64,000 nt of DNA. It comes from Dehalococcoidia bacterium (GTDB taxonomy: Bacteria > Chloroflexota > Dehalococcoidia > Bin125). The notes under the pieces are model-generated. The model worked only from the letters and a program-made list of their open reading frames with translations. It ran no database searches and had not been told where the DNA came from. Of the stretch, positions 1 to 9,416 are shown one piece after another; within the stretch, counting starts at the first letter, position 1; every line of letters begins with the position of its first letter. The position numbers and the translations under genes are program-made. Location: the NCBI GenBank assembly GCA_963555985.3, contig OY820591.1:2496001-2560000 (forward strand), written 5' to 3'.

Positions 1-2
1 TG

Positions 3-1946
3 CGCGAGCAGCTTGAGGACTCCAACGAGCGCCTGATCTCCTGGTACCCCGCACACACCGGCAGCGGCCGCTACGGCGACTGGCTGGCCAACAACGTGGA
101 CTGGGCGATCAGCCGCGAGCGCTACTGGGGCACGCCGCTGCCCTTCTGGCGCTGCGCCGAATGCGGCGGCGACACCTGCATCGGCTCGTTCGACGAACTC
201 CGCGAACGGGCCAAGGCGCTGACCGGGATCGAGCCGGATCTGAGCGATCCGCACCGCCCCTACGTCGACGGGATCGAGATCGCCTGCGAAGACTGCGGCG
301 CAGCCGCACGGCGCATCCCCGAAGTCGCCGACGCCTGGTTCGACTCCGGCGCGATGCCCTACGCACAGTGGCACTATCCCTTTGAGAACCGGGAACTGTT
401 CGACGAGCGTTTCCCCGCCGACTTCATCTGCGAAGCCGTCGATCAGACTCGCGGCTGGTTCTACTCGCTCCACGCGGAGGCAGTGCTGCTGCATCGGGCC
501 GAAGCGGTGCCGGAGCCGACCTCCTTCCGCCACGTGATCTCGCTCGGACACATCCTCGATGAGGGCGGCGAGAAGATGAGCAAGTCGAAGGGCAACGTGG
601 TCGATCCCTGGTCGGTGTTGGACGCGCACGGAGCCGACGCCTTGCGCTGGTACTGCTATGTCGCCTCTCCCGCCGGCAACCCGCGCCGCTTCTCCGAGCG
701 ATTGGTGGGCGAGTCCCAGCGCCGCTTCCTGCTCACGCTCTGGAACACCTACGCCTTCTTCGTCACCTATGCCAACATCGACGGTTGGCGTCCATTGAGC
801 AGCACGCCGACCCGTCCAACGGTCGAACTCGACCGCTGGATCCTGAGCGAGTTGCAAGCACTGATCGAGTCGGTCACCGCTGCCCTCGACGACTACGACG
901 CCACGACCGGCGCGCGCCAGCTCGAGGCGTTCGTCGATTCGCTCAGCAACTGGTACGTGCGCCGCAGCCGCCGCCGCTTCTGGTCTTCCGCGCGCGGGGG
1001 TGAGGCCGCCGACCGTGAGGCCAAGGCCAGCGCCTATCAGACCCTCCACACCGTCCTGACCACGCTCGCGCGATTGCTCGCTCCGTTCACGCCCTATCTG
1101 GCCGAGGAGATCTGGAGCAATCTCAGCGCAGGACTGGACCAGGCTGAATCCGTCCATCTAGCCGACTGGCCGACAGCCGATACGTCGGCGATGGACTCCG
1201 AACTCAACGCGGAGATGGCACTCGTACAGCGCGTCGCCTCGCTCGGACGCGCTGCCCGCAGCAGCGCCGGCATCAAAGTGCGGCAACCACTCGCCGGCGT
1301 CGCCGTCGCCGTCCGCAACGCCGATCACGCCGGAGCGGTCGAACGTCACCGCCACACCATCGCCGACGAACTCAACGTCAAGCAGGTCACGCTCGCTGAT
1401 GCCGACGACCGGCGCTACACGATCAAGCCCAACCTGCGCGTGCTCGGCCCTCGGCTCGGCAAGCAGATTCCGATCCTCCGCAACGCCTTGCGCGAGCTCG
1501 AACCCGCCAAGGCCGCCCGCATCGCCCAAGCCGCCGAAGCGGGCGAGCGCGTTGAGGTCGCAGGCATCAAACTGGCGCCCGACGACCTCCTGATCGAAGT
1601 GGAAGCAGGCGCGGACAGCGGCGCGGCGACTGCCGAAGACGAACTCTGCACCGTCCGGCTCGACACCGCAATCAACCAGGCTCTGGCGCGGGAGGGACTT
1701 GCCCGCGAGGTGATCAACCGCGTCCAGAACCTGCGCCGCGACTCGGGGCTCGACCCCGACGACCGCATCCGCCTCCAGCTCACTACCCGGCACGATCAGC
1801 TCGGCGCCGCTCTGACCGACTTCGAGCCGCTGATCGCCGCCGAAACGCTGGCGCAGAGCATCCAACGCGATGAGGCCAACGCCGCCCACCGAATAGAAGC
1901 CACAATCGATGGCGCGCCGCTCACTCTGGCTCTTGAGCGCGTCTAG
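3..1946 (+). CDS. ileS: Isoleucine--tRNA ligase (5' end outside window)
   Basis: DWAISRERYWGTPLP, DAWFDSGAMP, DQTRGWFYSL and KMSKS motifs; the frame is open from position 3. Confidence 0.97.
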   Translation, partial: REQLEDSNERLISWYPAHTGSGRYGDWLANNVDWAISRERYWGTPLPFWRCAECGGDTCIGSFDELRERAKALTGIEPDLSDPHRPYVDGIEIACEDCGAAARRIPEVADAWFDSGAMPYAQWHYPFENRELFDERFPADFICEAVDQTRGWFYSLHAEAVLLHRAEAVPEPTSFRHVISLGHILDEGGEKMSKSKGNVVDPWSVLDAHGADALRWYCYVASPAGNPRRFSERLVGESQRRFLLTLWNTYAFFVTYANIDGWRPLSSTPTRPTVELDRWILSELQALIESVTAALDDYDATTGARQLEAFVDSLSNWYVRRSRRRFWSSARGGEAADREAKASAYQTLHTVLTTLARLLAPFTPYLAEEIWSNLSAGLDQAESVHLADWPTADTSAMDSELNAEMALVQRVASLGRAARSSAGIKVRQPLAGVAVAVRNADHAGAVERHRHTIADELNVKQVTLADADDRRYTIKPNLRVLGPRLGKQIPILRNALRELEPAKAARIAQAAEAGERVEVAGIKLAPDDLLIEVEAGADSGAATAEDELCTVRLDTAINQALAREGLAREVINRVQNLRRDSGLDPDDRIRLQLTTRHDQLGAALTDFEPLIAAETLAQSIQRDEANAAHRIEATIDGAPLTLALERV

Positions 1947-3099
1947 GCGCAGGCTCTTCCGCCTCCTCGGGCGCGAGCGGCGGCTCGGGCGCTCGCGCCA
2001 GGCGCTCACTGCGTTGAGCGGCGCGGCGCTCGGCCCGCGCCTCCCGCGCCGACTCTTCCGCCGTCGCATCCTGGGCCTCCGGACCCTCGTCCGCGACCAT
2101 GCCGGTCACCGCCAGCAGCACCCGCCGCGACCAGGGCGCATCCTCACCGCCGACCGCATCCTCCAACTCGTCGTCGTAGTGCCCTTGCATGATCCGCGGC
2201 CACTCCGACGCGATCTCCGCGCCCAACAGCAAGACGCAGGCCGCCAGATAGACGAAGAAGAGCAGCGCGATCGTCGCGCCCAGGGAGCCGTAGACCGCGT
2301 CATAGTTGGAGAAGTTGCGCAGGTAGAAGGCGAACCCGTGCTTGAGCACTTCAAACAGCGCCCCGGCCACCAGCGCGCCCGCGATCACGTCGCGCACGCG
2401 CGTCTTCAGGCTCGGCACGACCTTGTAGATCACCGTGAACGTGATCACGCTCAGCACGTAGGGCGCGACCACGGCCAGCACATCGACCACGACGTGCGCG
2501 CTCGCGCCGAACGGACCCAGCGCGTCCGAGAGCGTCGTGCTCACGTCGCGCCCTACCTGCAACAGGGCGGTCGTCCCGATCGAGAGCGCCAGCAGTCCGC
2601 CTACACAGATGATCAGTCCCAGATCCACCAGCTTCCCGCGCACGAAGGGGCGGCGGTACTCCAGGTCCCAGGCCGTATCGAGGCTGTGCCGCAGCGCCGA
2701 CATCATTCCCGTCGCGCCCCAGAGCAGACCGAGCACGCTGAACACCCCCAGCGCCGAGCGTCCGCTCGCGATCGGCTCAATCAGCGACTCCAAGTCCTCA
2801 CGCCCGGCCCCGGCCGGCAAGATGTCGACCAAGCCGTCGATCGCGCGCTCGCGCAGCGAGTCGTCGGTCAGCAGCAGGCCGGCAATCGAGACCACCAGGA
2901 TCGTCAGGGGAAAGAGCGAGAACAGCACGTAGTAGGACATCGACGCGGCCAACTGCGGGCAGTGGTCGTTGAGGAACTCGCGCACCGCCCGCTTCGCCAG
3001 CAGGGACAGGTCGGCCCGCCACCAACTCAGGTGCAGCGCCCACCAGCGGTACCAGTGGGATGGGTCAAAGTGGAGTTGAACGCTCTGTGCTCGCCGCAT
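1921..3099 (-). CDS. YihY/BrkB-family membrane protein
   Basis: LAASMSYYVLFSLFP and YDAVYGSLG motifs with multiple TM segments; overlaps the ileS 3' end by 26 bp (convergent). Confidence 0.9.
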   Translation of the reverse strand: MRRAQSVQLHFDPSHWYRWWALHLSWWRADLSLLAKRAVREFLNDHCPQLAASMSYYVLFSLFPLTILVVSIAGLLLTDDSLRERAIDGLVDILPAGAGREDLESLIEPIASGRSALGVFSVLGLLWGATGMMSALRHSLDTAWDLEYRRPFVRGKLVDLGLIICVGGLLALSIGTTALLQVGRDVSTTLSDALGPFGASAHVVVDVLAVVAPYVLSVITFTVIYKVVPSLKTRVRDVIAGALVAGALFEVLKHGFAFYLRNFSNYDAVYGSLGATIALLFFVYLAACVLLLGAEIASEWPRIMQGHYDDELEDAVGGEDAPWSRRVLLAVTGMVADEGPEAQDATAEESAREARAERRAAQRSERLARAPEPPLAPEEAEEPAPRRAQEPE

Positions 3100-3128
3100 G
3101 ACCCCATTATCCGCCCGCGGAGGGTTGC

Positions 3129-4256
3129 GTGATGCCCACTCACCCCCGGCGCATCATCGCCAAGTTCGGCACCAACCTGCTCACCGCCGGCGGCGAGCAG
3201 CTTGATCCGGCCACGCTCGACGACCTCACCCGCCAGATCGCGCAGGTCCGCGCGAGCGGCGCGCAGATCGCCGTGGTCACCTCCGGCGCGGTCGCCGCCG
3301 GACGCGCCCGCGTCGGCGCTCGCGCCGACAGCGCCTCCGTCGCCGCCCGCCAGGCGCTCGCCGCGATCGGACAGGCGCACCTAGTCGAACGCTACGACTC
3401 GCTCCTGCGCCGTTACGGTCTGACCGCCGCCCAAGCCCTGATCACGCGCGGCGACGTGACCGAGCGGCGCGGCTACCTCAATGTCCGCAACACGCTCCTG
3501 CGCCTGCTCCAGTACAACGTAATCCCGATCATCAACGAAAACGACGTCGTCGCCGATGAAGAACTGCGCGGCGGCGCGTTCGGCGAGAACGATGCCCTCT
3601 CCGCGCTCGTGGCCAACCTGATCGACGCCGACCTGCTAATCCTGCTCAGTGACGTCGACGGCGTCTACGACCGCGATCCCCGCCTCGATCCAAGCGCGAG
3701 CCTGATCCGGGAACTCGGCAATCCAGGCGACGCGCTCGCACTCGCCGGCGAAGTCGGCGCTCGCGGACGCGGGGGCATGAGAGCCAAGCTCGAAGCCGCC
3801 CAACTCGCCGCCAGCGGGGGAGCGGATGTCGTGATCGCCTCGGGCCGCGAGCCGGACGCGATCATCCGCATCGCGCAAAGCGAGCCGCTCGGTACTCGCA
3901 TTCCCGCCCAGGCCAGCCATCGCGCCAGCCGCCAGCGCTGGCTGCTGGCCGGCCTCCACAACGGCGGCGGCATCATCCTCGATCGCGGCGCCGTCCGCGC
4001 CCTCCGCGAACAGGGCCGCAGCCTGCTCCCGGTCGGCGTCACGGCCGTGCGCGGCCGCTTCGAGCGCGGCGATGTGATCCAGCTCTACGATCCCGAAGGC
4101 ACAGCCATCGCGGTCGGCATCAGCAACTACTCCGCCGACGAAATCAAGAGGATCGCCGGGCGGCGTTCAGACGAGATCGAGGATGCGCTGGGATACGACT
4201 ACGGCTCGGAGATGGTACATCGGAATAATCTGGCGCTCCTCCCCAGCACCGACTGA
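3129..4256 (+). CDS. proB: Glutamate 5-kinase with C-terminal PUA domain
   Basis: KFGTNLL, VTSGAVAAG, IPIINENDVV, FGENDALSA, GRSLLPVGV and VHRNNL motifs. Confidence 0.96.
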   Translation: MMPTHPRRIIAKFGTNLLTAGGEQLDPATLDDLTRQIAQVRASGAQIAVVTSGAVAAGRARVGARADSASVAARQALAAIGQAHLVERYDSLLRRYGLTAAQALITRGDVTERRGYLNVRNTLLRLLQYNVIPIINENDVVADEELRGGAFGENDALSALVANLIDADLLILLSDVDGVYDRDPRLDPSASLIRELGNPGDALALAGEVGARGRGGMRAKLEAAQLAASGGADVVIASGREPDAIIRIAQSEPLGTRIPAQASHRASRQRWLLAGLHNGGGIILDRGAVRALREQGRSLLPVGVTAVRGRFERGDVIQLYDPEGTAIAVGISNYSADEIKRIAGRRSDEIEDALGYDYGSEMVHRNNLALLPSTD

Positions 4257-4397
4257 GAGTGGGGGAGCCCGCTCCGTTCCCAGTCCCCGACTTGATCGGG
4301 GACCTGCTCCCCCCTCCATAAACCACGACACACAACCCCGAACACCAATTCACTATAGTCATCACAGAACGTTCGTATCACTCAGAAAGGACTACCC

Positions 4398-5249
4398 ATG
4401 CAGATCCACCCCGCCCGACGCCGCCGCGCCCTCCGCGTCCACTACCTCCAACAACGCGGCGACTCGCTCCGCAAGATCGCCGAGCAACTCGGTGTCTCCC
4501 ACACCACCGTCCGCGACGACCTCCGTCTGGTCGAATCCCACTGGAGCAGCATCGCCGCCCCGGCCGCCGACGATCTGCTGCTCGAATCCCTGCAACTGCT
4601 CCAGTTCCGGCTCGCCCTCGCCGCTCGCGACGACGAAGTCGCCCGTCTCTCAGACCGCCTCACGCCGGTCGAGTACCTCCGCGCCCGCGACGCCCAGGAC
4701 GCCCAACTGACCGCGCTCGCGCGCGAGATCCGGCGCACGGTCGGCGAGGTCCACCGCCGCGCCGAGCAGCGCCCGGACCAACCCGACCTCGACGCCGAAC
4801 AGCCGCAAACCCCGGCCGAAACCTCCCAACCTTCCACAGCCTTACAGCCCGAATCCGCGATCTCCAGTGCAGAGCGGGAGATCGTCGAAATTCCGGCCCC
4901 GGAGGAAAAACTTCCTTCCAATCCCATCCAACCCACCCCACCCAACCGCCAGGCCGAAGCAGCGCCAACCCCGGCCGAAACCGCCGAGGTTTCCACAGCC
5001 TTACAGCCGGAATCGACGATCGCCAGTGCAGAGCGGGAGATCGTCGAAATTCCGGCTCCCGAGGAAAAACTTCCTTCCAACCCCCTCCAACTCCCCGATC
5101 CGCCCGCTTACGACGAGCTGCTTAACGAAGTCATCGACCACTTCCCCCAGCTCAAGGGCCAGTCGGAGGAGCAAATCCTCGCATTCCTCGACCAATTCAC
5201 CAGCCCAAACGAGGAACCCATCCAAATCCAGACCGCAGCCGCCGGCTAA
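4398..5249 (+). CDS. Orphan HTH-domain protein with a duplicated low-complexity C-terminal region
   Basis: GDSLRKIAEQLGVSHTTVRDDL helix-turn-helix; RBS AAGGA; TATAGT -10 at 4354-4359. Confidence 0.75.
   Translation: MQIHPARRRRALRVHYLQQRGDSLRKIAEQLGVSHTTVRDDLRLVESHWSSIAAPAADDLLLESLQLLQFRLALAARDDEVARLSDRLTPVEYLRARDAQDAQLTALAREIRRTVGEVHRRAEQRPDQPDLDAEQPQTPAETSQPSTALQPESAISSAEREIVEIPAPEEKLPSNPIQPTPPNRQAEAAPTPAETAEVSTALQPESTIASAEREIVEIPAPEEKLPSNPLQLPDPPAYDELLNEVIDHFPQLKGQSEEQILAFLDQFTSPNEEPIQIQTAAAG
4809..5091 (+). repeat. In-frame 124-bp direct repeat (4809-4932 and 4968-5091; period 159 bp)
   Basis: TPAET..STALQPES.I.SAEREIVEIPAPEEKLPSNP.Q occurs twice. Confidence 0.95.
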
Positions 5250-5286
5250 CTACCCTCCTCTCCCCATGATCGCTCTCCCCCTTGAG

Positions 5287-5427
5287 GAGACCGGTGCAAA
5301 AGTCCCATTTCCGTCATTCCAGGCTTGACCTGGAATCTCGTTCGGAGTTCGGTCTATCTGGTCGGGCGAGATTCCAGCTTTCGCTGGAATGACGAGAGCA
5401 GCGGGAATGCCAATTTGCAAAGCCCTC
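5287..5427. mobile_element. MITE-like element: IS-like TIRs enclosing an inverted pair of CGTC-type REP hairpins
   Basis: GAGACCGGTGCAAAA ... ATTTGCAAAGCCCTC ends; internal CGTCATTCCAGGCTTGACCTGGAATC and GATTCCAGCTTTCGCTGGAATGACG. Confidence 0.7.
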
Positions 5428-5538
5428 CGTAGGCGGGGACAAGGGGGGTCCCCGCTACGCCTGAGCAGATGAGATCGCACGGTCACGGTAAGCACCCCGG
5501 ACATACGCCGCAGCGACGGCACGCAATACCCTCTCTTC

Positions 5539-6417
5539 ATGACCACCCTCAACGACTATCCCGCCTCCCAGATCTACTTCTCCCAGCGACTGCGGCTGCA
5601 CTACGTGGATTGGGGCAATCCCAGCGCTCCGCCGCTGATCCTGGTTCACGGCGGGCGCGATCACTGCCGCTCCTGGGATTGGGTCGCGCTGGCCCTGCGC
5701 GACCGCTACCACGTGATCGCGCCCGACCTGCGCGGTCACGGCGACTCGCAGTGGGTCAACGGCTCCGGCTACGCCATGATCGATTACGTCTACGACCTGG
5801 CCCAACTGGTGCGGCAGAAGCATCTCGCGCCCGTGACCTTGCTTGGCCACTCGCTGGGCGGGCGCATCTGCATCGAATACGCCGGCATCTACCCCGATCG
5901 CGTCAGCCGCTTGATCGCGATCGAGGGCCTGGGGCCTTCGCGTTCGCAAACGGACGAACACTCGAACACCCCGGCGCATCGGCGGATGGCGGACTGGATC
6001 GGCTCGATTCACCGCTTCGCCGGACGCCTGCCCCGCCGCTATCCGACCCTCGAGGATGCGGTCGATCGAATGCGCGAAGCCAACCCCCGGCTCTCGCCGG
6101 AACAGGCGCTGCATCTCACCACCCACGCCGTCAACCAGAACGAGGACGGCACCTACATCTGGAAGTTCGACAACTACGCCCGCTCGCACTCGCCCTATCC
6201 CTTCAACGAGGACGACGCCGAGGAGATCTGGCAGCGGGTGCGGATGCCGACCCTGCTGATCAGCGGCTTGGAATCCGCCGGAGACCCGAACAAAGACGAA
6301 CGAACCAAGTCCTTCCCCCACGCGCAGCGGGTCGGAGTCGCCAACGCCGGCCACTGGGTGCATCACGACCAGCTCGATCTGTTCCTCGATCACGTCGAGC
6401 ACTTCCTGATCCAATAG
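5539..6417 (+). CDS. Alpha/beta-fold hydrolase
   Basis: LVHGG oxyanion motif, DLRGHGDS, GHSLGG nucleophile elbow, AGHWVHHD catalytic His. Confidence 0.93.
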   Translation: MTTLNDYPASQIYFSQRLRLHYVDWGNPSAPPLILVHGGRDHCRSWDWVALALRDRYHVIAPDLRGHGDSQWVNGSGYAMIDYVYDLAQLVRQKHLAPVTLLGHSLGGRICIEYAGIYPDRVSRLIAIEGLGPSRSQTDEHSNTPAHRRMADWIGSIHRFAGRLPRRYPTLEDAVDRMREANPRLSPEQALHLTTHAVNQNEDGTYIWKFDNYARSHSPYPFNEDDAEEIWQRVRMPTLLISGLESAGDPNKDERTKSFPHAQRVGVANAGHWVHHDQLDLFLDHVEHFLIQ

Positions 6418-6705
6418 GAGACTCGTGCGCAATCCTCAATCATCTCCCCCTGACGAGACCGTTGCAAAATCCCCATATCCGTCATTCCCGCGCAGGCGGG
6501 AATCTCGAACCTCTCAAGTCTGAAGCTCTTCCATATCTGGTCGTACCACCGACCTCGCATCGCACGCTCCGCTTCTCCGAGCCCCCAATGCACCGAGATG
6601 GACTTTCCCAAAGCCCTCCGAACGCAGGAATCCATACAACGTGTCGAGTGGGACGTGGATTCCCGCCTGCGCGGGAATGACGGAAATGGGAGTTGCAAAG
6701 GTCTC
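6418..6705. mobile_element. Nested MITE-like element with a 6-bp target-site duplication (CAATAG)
   Basis: Left ends GAGACTCGTGCGCAAT (6418) and GAGACCGTTGCAAAAT (6455); right ends TTTCCCAAAGCCCTC (to 6618) and GTTGCAAAGGTCTC (to 6705); CAATAG at 6412-6417 and 6706-6711; REP hairpins CGTCATTCCCGCGCAGGCGGGAATC inside. Confidence 0.8.
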
Positions 6706-6743
6706 CAATAGCGCTACCGTCTACGCGGAGAGGAATCAGCCGG

Positions 6744-8192
6744 ATGCGGATCAGCCGATCACTCGCGCTCGCCTTGCTGGGCCTGCTGGCGCTCGCCTGC
6801 GCCGCCGGCGGTTACGTGCTCGCGCATGTGACTCAGGGAGAGAACGAAGTGCGGGTGGTCGTGCGACCGCACGAGGACGGCCGGATCGAGGTCGCGCTGC
6901 AACAGCGAACCGAGGGGAACTGGGGCGAACCGCTGAAACCAGAGCGGCGCTTCCTCTCGCCGGAGCGGATCGAACAGCAAGCCGGTCGCTGGCTGCAAAG
7001 TTCGCCGCTCTTGCTCGAAGCGCAGCCCGAACCGGAGCCGCTGCGGATCGGCTTCATCGGCAGCTACACGGGCACGCCCGCGCCCTCGGGCCCCGATCGG
7101 CAGACCGGAGCGGAGTTGGCCGTCGCCCATCTCAACGCGGCGGGCGGGGTCAACGGGCGCCCGGTCGAGTTGGTGGTCGGCGATACCGGCTCCGAGCTCG
7201 AAGTAGTGCTCGCGGAAGCGCGCCGCTTGGTCGAGGAGGAAGGCGTCCACGCGATCGTCGGCCCCGATCGCAGCTCGTTCACGCTGGCGGTCGTGGAGGC
7301 GGTGACCAAGCCGGCCGGAATTCCGACGATCTCTCCTTCGGCTACTTCGCCCCTGCTGACCACCGCCGACGACGACGGCTACCTCTTCCGCAGCATCACC
7401 TCCGACGCTGCGCAAGGGCCGGCGCTGGCGGCGCTGGCGCGGGACGAGGGCTACACGAACGTCGGCGTGATCTTCTTCGACGACGCCTATGGACGAGGGT
7501 TGGCCGAGTCGTTTGAGGCCGCCTGGAGCGATGCGGGCGGGAAGCTGGCGACGGCGCCAATCAACGGCGAGTCGGACTCCTATCTGAGCGAACTGCGAAT
7601 GCTGGCCGAGTCCGGCGCGGAGGTCTTGGTCGTGATCACCTTCGTCAGCCAGGCCGAAATCTTTCTCCGTGAAGCGCTTGAGCAGGAATTGTTCGATCGC
7701 TTCCTCTTCGTGGATGCGACCAAGCGCCAGTATCTGCTTGATGTGATCGGCGCCGAGCACCTGAGCGGGATGAAGGGCACCTCTCACGCGCCCGCGCCTG
7801 AGACCGAGTCGCTGCGGCTCTATCTGGAGGCCTACCGAGCGATGTTCGGAGAGCCGTCGGGCAGCGACTTCGTACCGACGACCTATGACGCGGTGATTGC
7901 CATCGGGCTGGCGGCGGCGAAGGCCGGTTCGACCGACGGAGCCGCGATCCGCGACGCGCTGCCGCAAGTGGCCGGTCCGGGCGGACAAGAGGTGCTGCCC
8001 GGCGCTGCGGGAGTCGCGCAAGCGCTGGCGATCATCGCCCAGGGCGGGGAAGTCGATTACCAGGGCGTTGCGACCAAGCTGGACTGGGACGCGGCGGGAG
8101 ATGTGCCCGCCGGTCAGATTGGCATCTGGCAGTTCGCAGCGGGCGGGATCGAGGAGCTGCGAGTGGTGCCGTTCGATCTGCGGGAGCAGTAA
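6744..8192 (+). CDS. LivJ/LivK-like ABC substrate-binding protein with an extra N-terminal domain
   Basis: LRIGFIGSYTG, NAAGGVNGRPVELVVGDT, ISPSATSP and YLFRS motifs; signal-like hydrophobic N-terminus from ATG 6744 with GGAGAGGA upstream. Confidence 0.9.
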   Translation: MRISRSLALALLGLLALACAAGGYVLAHVTQGENEVRVVVRPHEDGRIEVALQQRTEGNWGEPLKPERRFLSPERIEQQAGRWLQSSPLLLEAQPEPEPLRIGFIGSYTGTPAPSGPDRQTGAELAVAHLNAAGGVNGRPVELVVGDTGSELEVVLAEARRLVEEEGVHAIVGPDRSSFTLAVVEAVTKPAGIPTISPSATSPLLTTADDDGYLFRSITSDAAQGPALAALARDEGYTNVGVIFFDDAYGRGLAESFEAAWSDAGGKLATAPINGESDSYLSELRMLAESGAEVLVVITFVSQAEIFLREALEQELFDRFLFVDATKRQYLLDVIGAEHLSGMKGTSHAPAPETESLRLYLEAYRAMFGEPSGSDFVPTTYDAVIAIGLAAAKAGSTDGAAIRDALPQVAGPGGQEVLPGAAGVAQALAIIAQGGEVDYQGVATKLDWDAAGDVPAGQIGIWQFAAGGIEELRVVPFDLREQ

Positions 8193-8236
8193 GGCCGTTG
8201 GCGGGGCGCAAACGTTCAGCGCCTAGACTGCGCGCC

Positions 8237-9373
8237 ATGAGCGCCCTAGCGCGACCGAGACCGAAATTCAGCTGGTTCGTCCCGATCGACGGCGACGGCG
8301 ATCGGATCGGCTCCCTGCGCGCGCAGCGTCCGCCCAGCTTCGACTATCTGCGCGATGTCGTCCTCAACGCGGAGCAGCTGGGCTATCACTCGCTGCTGAT
8401 CCCCACCCGTTTCAGCAACGGCTCGTTCGATCAGGCCGCGCCGCTCGCGGAGACCTGGACGGCGGCGACGGCGCTGGCGGCGGTCAGTTCGCGCATTCGC
8501 TTGCTAATCGCCGTGCGGCCGGGCTTCGCCTCGGCGGGACTCTTCGCGCAGCAGGCCGCGACCCTGCACGAGCTCTCGGGCGGGCGAATCGATATCAATA
8601 TCGTCCCCGGGGGCATCCAGGGCGACAACGAGCGGATCGGCGCAGCCGTCTCACACAACGACCGCTACGCGCAGGCGAACGAGTTCATTGAGGCCTGTTC
8701 GCGGCTCTGGGCCTCGGGCGGGCCGCTGGACTTCGCCGGCGAGGCCGTGCATCTGCGCGGAGCGCTCTGCGCGCCGCAGCCGTCGCCGCCGCCGGAGTGG
8801 TACCTGGGCGGCGCCTCTGACTCGGCGCTGCGCTTGGCGGCTGAGCGGGCGGACGTGCTGCTCTGCTGGATTCAGCCGTTCGAGGCGATGTCGGCGCTGC
8901 TGGATCGCGCGCGTGAGGCAGCGGCGCGAGCGGGGCGCAACCCACGCTTCGGGCTGCGTACGCATCTGGTCGTGCGCGAGACCGAAGCCGCGGCTTGGGC
9001 GGAGGCGGAAGCGCTGCTCTCGGAGGCGCATCCCCAGGTGATGGCGCAGCGCGCGGCGGCGGTACGTTCGACCGCGATGGTCGGGGCGGCGGCGCAGGCG
9101 CGGCGAGTGGAGGACGATCGCCTCAGCGAGCGCTTGTGGAACGGCATCTCGCGCGTGCGGGTGAATCTGGGCACGGCGATCGTGGGCACACCCGAGCAGG
9201 CGGCAGCGGAGTTGCGGCGCTACTGGGAGCTGGGATTTGATGAGTTCATCCTCTCGGGCTATCCGCATTTGGAAGAGGCGGAGCGGATTGCTCGGGAGGT
9301 GATTCCACTTGTTGCGCCGGACCCCCCTCTGTCCCTTCGGGACATCTCCCCCCGCAATGCGGGGGGAGAGTAG
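8237..9373 (+). CDS. LLM-class flavin-dependent monooxygenase, SsuD/alkanesulfonate monooxygenase-like
   Basis: WFVPIDGD, LIAVRPG, YLGGAS, AIVGTPE and FILSGYPHLEEA motifs typical of SsuD. Confidence 0.88.
   Translation: MSALARPRPKFSWFVPIDGDGDRIGSLRAQRPPSFDYLRDVVLNAEQLGYHSLLIPTRFSNGSFDQAAPLAETWTAATALAAVSSRIRLLIAVRPGFASAGLFAQQAATLHELSGGRIDINIVPGGIQGDNERIGAAVSHNDRYAQANEFIEACSRLWASGGPLDFAGEAVHLRGALCAPQPSPPPEWYLGGASDSALRLAAERADVLLCWIQPFEAMSALLDRAREAAARAGRNPRFGLRTHLVVRETEAAAWAEAEALLSEAHPQVMAQRAAAVRSTAMVGAAAQARRVEDDRLSERLWNGISRVRVNLGTAIVGTPEQAAAELRRYWELGFDEFILSGYPHLEEAERIAREVIPLVAPDPPLSLRDISPRNAGGE
9321..9370. repeat. REP-like double hairpin, family B (CCCCCTCTGTCC..GGACATCTCCCCC..GGGGGAGAG), overlapping the 3' end of the LLM gene
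   Basis: The same motif recurs at 10696, 11482, 13776, 18959 and 34390. Confidence 0.85.
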
Positions 9374-9416
9374 GGACCCGAGCGGCGCGGCGGTCTGCTG
9401 AAACCGGAGGTCTGAA

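Noticed and set aside
1909-3132. Long Arg-rich or antisense ORFs throughout (for example 1909-3132, 21554-23050, 38446-39831, 52555-53907)
   Set aside because: Shadow frames of well-supported genes in high-GC DNA.
4398-5249. Transposase or prophage terminase gene
   Set aside because: Only an HTH is recognisable; there are no DDE/HUH motifs and no phage genes nearby.
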